Origin: Eledone cirrhosa
Taxonomy: Eukaryota
Assembly (NCBI GenBank): GCA_964016885.1
Contig: OZ024741.1
Location: 68,200,001 to 68,264,000, forward strand
Length of the DNA: 64,000 nt
Direction of reading: 5' to 3'
In this document: in pieces, positions 61,001 through 64,000 of the stretch
Layout of the letters: each line of letters begins with the position of its first letter
Position numbering within the stretch: the stretch's first letter is position 1
Notes under the pieces: model-generated
Told to the model about the DNA's origin: nothing
The model's input: only the letters and a program-made list of their open reading frames with translations
The model's database searches: none
Position numbers and translations under genes: made by a program

Positions 61001-64000
61001 TACAGAACACAACACCACATCACCCACACCACACACCATACTACAGAACACAACACCACATCACCCACAACACACACCATACTACAGAACACAACACCAC
61101 ATCACCACAACACACACCATACTACAGAACACAACACCACATCACCCACAACACACACCATACTACAGAACACAACACCACATCACCCACACCACACACC
61201 ATACTACAGAACACAACACCACATCACCCACACCACACACCATACTACAGAACACAACACCACATCACCCACAACACACACCATACTACAGAACACAACA
61301 CCACATCACCCACACCACACACCATACTACAGAACACAACACCACATCACCCACAACACACACCATACTACAGAACACAACACCACATCTCACAACACAC
61401 CACACACCATACTACAGAACACAACACCACTTCACCCACACCACACACCATACTACAGAACACAACACCACATCACCCACAACACACACCATACTACAGA
61501 ACACAACACCACATCTCACAACACACCACACACCATACTACAGAACACAACACCACTTCACCCACACCACACACCATACTACAGAACATAACACCACACC
61601 ACCCACACCACACACCATACTACAGAACACAACACCACATCACCCACAACACACACCATACTACAGAACACAACACCACATCTCACAACACACCACACAC
61701 CATACTACAGAACACAACACCACATCACCCACACCACACACCATACTACAGAACACAACACCACATCACCCACACCACACACCATACTACAGAACACAAC
61801 ACCACATCACCCACAACACACACCATACTACAGAACACAACACCACATCACCCACAACACACACCATACTACAGAACACAACACCACTTCACCCACACCA
61901 CACACCATACTACAGAACATAACACCACATCACCCACACCACACACCATACTACAGAACACAACACCACTTCACCCACAACACACACCATACTACAGAAC
62001 ACAACACCACATCACCCACAACACACACCATACTACAGAAGACAACACCACATCATCCACACCACACACCATACTACAGAACACAACACCACATCACCCA
62101 CACCACACACCATACTACAGAAGACAACACCACACCACCCACACCACACACCATACTACAGAACACAACACCACATCACCCACACCACACACCATACTAC
62201 AGAACACAACACCACATCTCACAACACACCACACACCATACTACAGAACACAACACCACATCACCCACACCACACACCATACTACAGAAGACAACACCAC
62301 ACCACCCACACCACACACCATACTACAGAACACAACACCACATCACCCACACCACACACCATACTACAGAACACAACACCACATCTCACAACACACCACA
62401 CACCATACTACAGAACACAACACCACATCACCCACACCACACACCATACTACAGAAGACAACACCACACCACCCACACCACACACCATACTACAGAACAC
62501 AACACCACATCACCCACACCACACACCATACTACAGAACACAACACCACATCTCACAACACACCACACACCATACTACAGAACACAACACCACACCACCC
62601 ACACCACACACCATACTACAGAACACAACACCACATCACCAACACCACACACCATACTACAGAACACAACACCACATCTCACAACACACCACACACCATA
62701 CTACAGAACACAACACCACATCACCCACACCACACACCATACTACAGAAGACAACACCACATCACCCACACCACACACCATACTACAGAACACAACACCA
62801 CACCACCCACACCACACACCATACTACAGAACACAACACCACATCACCCACACCACACACCATACTACAGAACACAACACCACATCACCCACAACACACA
62901 CCATACTACAGAACACAACACCACATCACCCACAACACACACCATACTACAGAACACAACACCACATCACCCACAACACACACCATACTACAGAAGACAA
63001 CACCACACCACCCACACCACACACCATACTACAGAACACAACACCACTTCACCCACACCACACACCATACTACAGAAGACAACACCACATCACCCACACC
63101 ACACACCATACTACAGAACACAACACCACACCACCCACACCACACACCATACTACAGAACACAACACCACATCACCCACACCACACACCATACTACAGAA
63201 CACAACACCACATCACCCACAACACACACCATACTACAGAACACAACACCACATCACCCACACCACACACCATACTACAGAACACAACACCACGTCACCC
63301 ACACCACACACCATACTACAGAACACAACACCACATCACCCACACCACACACCATACTACAGAACACAACACCACATCACCCACACCACACACCATACTA
63401 CAGAACACAACACCACATCACCCACAACACACACCATACTACAGAACACAACACCACATCACCCACACCACACACCATACTACAGAACACAACACCACAT
63501 CACCCACACCACACACCATACTACAGAACACAACACCACATCACCCACAACACACACCATACTACAGAACACAACACCACATCACCCACAACACACACCA
63601 TACTACAGAAGACAACACCACATCATCCACACCACACACCATACTACAGAACACAACACCACATCACCCACACCACACACCATACTACAGAACACAACAC
63701 CACATCACCCACAACACACACCATACTACAGAAGACAACACCACATCATCCACACCACACACCATACTACAGAACACAACACCACATCATCCACACCACA
63801 CACCATACTACAGAACACAACACCACATCACCCACACCACACACCATACTACAGAACACAACACCACGTCACCCACACCACACACCATACTACAGAAGAC
63901 AACACCACACCACCCACACCACACACCATACTACAGAACACAACACCACTTCACCCACACCACACACCATACTACAGAACACAACACCACACCACCCACA
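43090..64000 (+). repeat. 41-bp C/A-rich tandem satellite (about 500 units, runs off the window)
   Basis: Consensus ACCATACTACAGAACACAACACCACATCACCCACACCACAC, period 41 (catac at 43095 and 43136); a 44-bp variant carries CATCTCACAACAC. Confidence 0.98.
55061..55260. other. Assembly gap (200 N)
   Basis: Run of n. Confidence 1.

Noticed and set aside
56105-61591. 1828-aa His/Thr-rich ORF (also 42757-43777 and 50196-50858)
   Set aside because: Translation of the 41-bp satellite, whose consensus lacks stop codons on the + strand; the frame rotates each unit and indels are tolerated, so there is no sign of coding constraint
43090-64000. CRISPR-like constant/variable periodicity
   Set aside because: The variable parts are point variants of one sequence rather than unique spacers; eukaryotic context and no cas genes

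Overview
AT-rich, repeat-dense animal DNA with no recognisable host protein-coding gene, rRNA or tRNA gene. The SINE and repeat families resemble those of cephalopods (octopus-like); this assignment is an inference. Positions 1-43 kb are a mosaic of about 18 tRNA-derived SINE copies, decayed non-LTR retrotransposons (R4/Dong-like, L1/Tx1-like and two RTE-like), Tc1/mariner-type MITEs, non-autonomous Helitrons and very long (TA)n-derived tracts. From about 43.1 kb to the end is a 41-bp C/A-rich satellite with a 200-N gap. Nearly all ORFs in the supplied track are low-complexity artefacts. The main hidden signal is a set of type I hammerhead ribozyme folds belonging to at least four sequence-unrelated families: one at 9962-10000 (+), a back-to-back pair at 12315-12375 (-) and 12457-12517 (+), one at 41229-41286 (-), and a multi-copy family with a non-canonical CAGAAGA core near 7.1, 7.3 and 14.5 kb. 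They sit in fold-back palindromes or short tandem units next to (TA)n tracts, consistent with Penelope-like or retrozyme-type elements.
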